Virus record (IMG/VR): IMGVR_UViG_3300028559_000023
Location: 1-12,921 of that record
DNA: 12,921 nt
DNA from: a virus
Lineage: Duplodnaviria; Heunggongvirae; Uroviricota; Caudoviricetes
Strand: one strand, 5' to 3'
Below the pieces are notes generated by a model. That model did not search any database and was not told the DNA's origin. It was given only the letters and a program-made list of their open reading frames with translations. This document shows positions 12,662 through 12,921 of this stretch, one piece after another. How positions within the stretch are numbered: position 1 is the stretch's first letter; every line of letters starts with the position of its first letter. The position numbers were made by a program, and so were the translations under genes.

Positions 12662-12921
12662 ATGTCAAAACTGCGTAGTTTGCTTTCTAAGGCCGTCACC
12701 AAGAAGGTGGCTTTCATGGGCGACGAAGTTGAAATTCGTAAGCTCACAATCGCTCAGGTCGAAGGTATTCAAGTCTTCACCAAAACAGCTTCTGAAAATT
12801 CTGAAGGCGACATCTTCGCGAGTCTCAAGAAGATTTTGGACGAGGGTGTTGCAGACTTCAAAGAGCTTTCGATGGAAGAGTTCAAGGAGTTTCCTCTGGA
12901 GGAACTTCAGGCGCTTTCGAC
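12662..12921 (+). CDS. Tail assembly chaperone, 3'-truncated (absent from the ORF track because no stop falls in the window)
   Basis: SD AGGTG at 12651-12655, ATG 12662. My translation: MSKLRSLLSKAVTKKVAFMGDEVEIRKLTIAQVEGIQVFTKTASENSEGDIFASLKKILDEGVADFKELSMEEFKEFPLEELQALS. The V.IRKLT..Q start, acidic helical C-terminal part and position after the tail tube fit a chaperone. Confidence 0.75.
   Translation, partial: MSKLRSLLSKAVTKKVAFMGDEVEIRKLTIAQVEGIQVFTKTASENSEGDIFASLKKILDEGVADFKELSMEEFKEFPLEELQALS

Noticed and set aside
12641-12664. Possible readthrough or frameshift fusion of the 70-aa ORF with the in-frame tail chaperone
   Set aside because: Two consecutive stops (TAA TAG) separate them and the chaperone has its own SD (AGGTG). 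C-AAA-AAG is not a canonical slippery heptamer, and the -1 frame stops after about 10 codons. The usual chaperone G/GT frameshift site would lie beyond the window.
1-12921. T7/SP6-like 20-23 bp repeated promoter consensus, CRISPR array, tRNA/rRNA, integrase, transposase, intron or intein
   Set aside because: None seen by eye. No long repeat is shared among the intergenic regions. The RNAP inserts lack intein ends (Cys/Ser start, His-Asn end) and homing-endonuclease motifs. A computational repeat and covariance-model scan would be needed to exclude weak cases.

Overview
Window of a tailed dsDNA phage genome (siphovirus-type morphogenesis operon). All credible genes are on the + strand, most abutting or overlapping. 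Order: 5'-truncated head-spike/fiber-like protein, 120-aa unknown, DUF4055-type portal, 108-aa glycine-zipper protein, a 1561-aa protein, scaffold, major capsid protein, DnaT-like head-tail adaptor, head-closure protein, tail terminator, major tail tube, 70-aa unknown, 3'-truncated tail assembly chaperone. The standout is the 1561-aa ORF (3931-8616). It fuses an N-terminal MuF/SPP1-gp7 head-morphogenesis domain in one reading frame to a T7-type single-subunit RNA polymerase with all catalytic motifs intact (DxRGRxY, motifs A, B, C). It occupies the usual MuF slot between portal and scaffold. This suggests a virion-packaged RNA polymerase that is injected at infection, using MuF as the loading tag (inference). 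Directly downstream, a ~95-bp stretch is almost fully tiled by inverted repeats, including twin GAGY-TGT-RCTC triloop hairpins, which are candidate promoter or operator elements. All family assignments come from motif recognition by eye; no searches were run, and T7 residue numbers are from memory.
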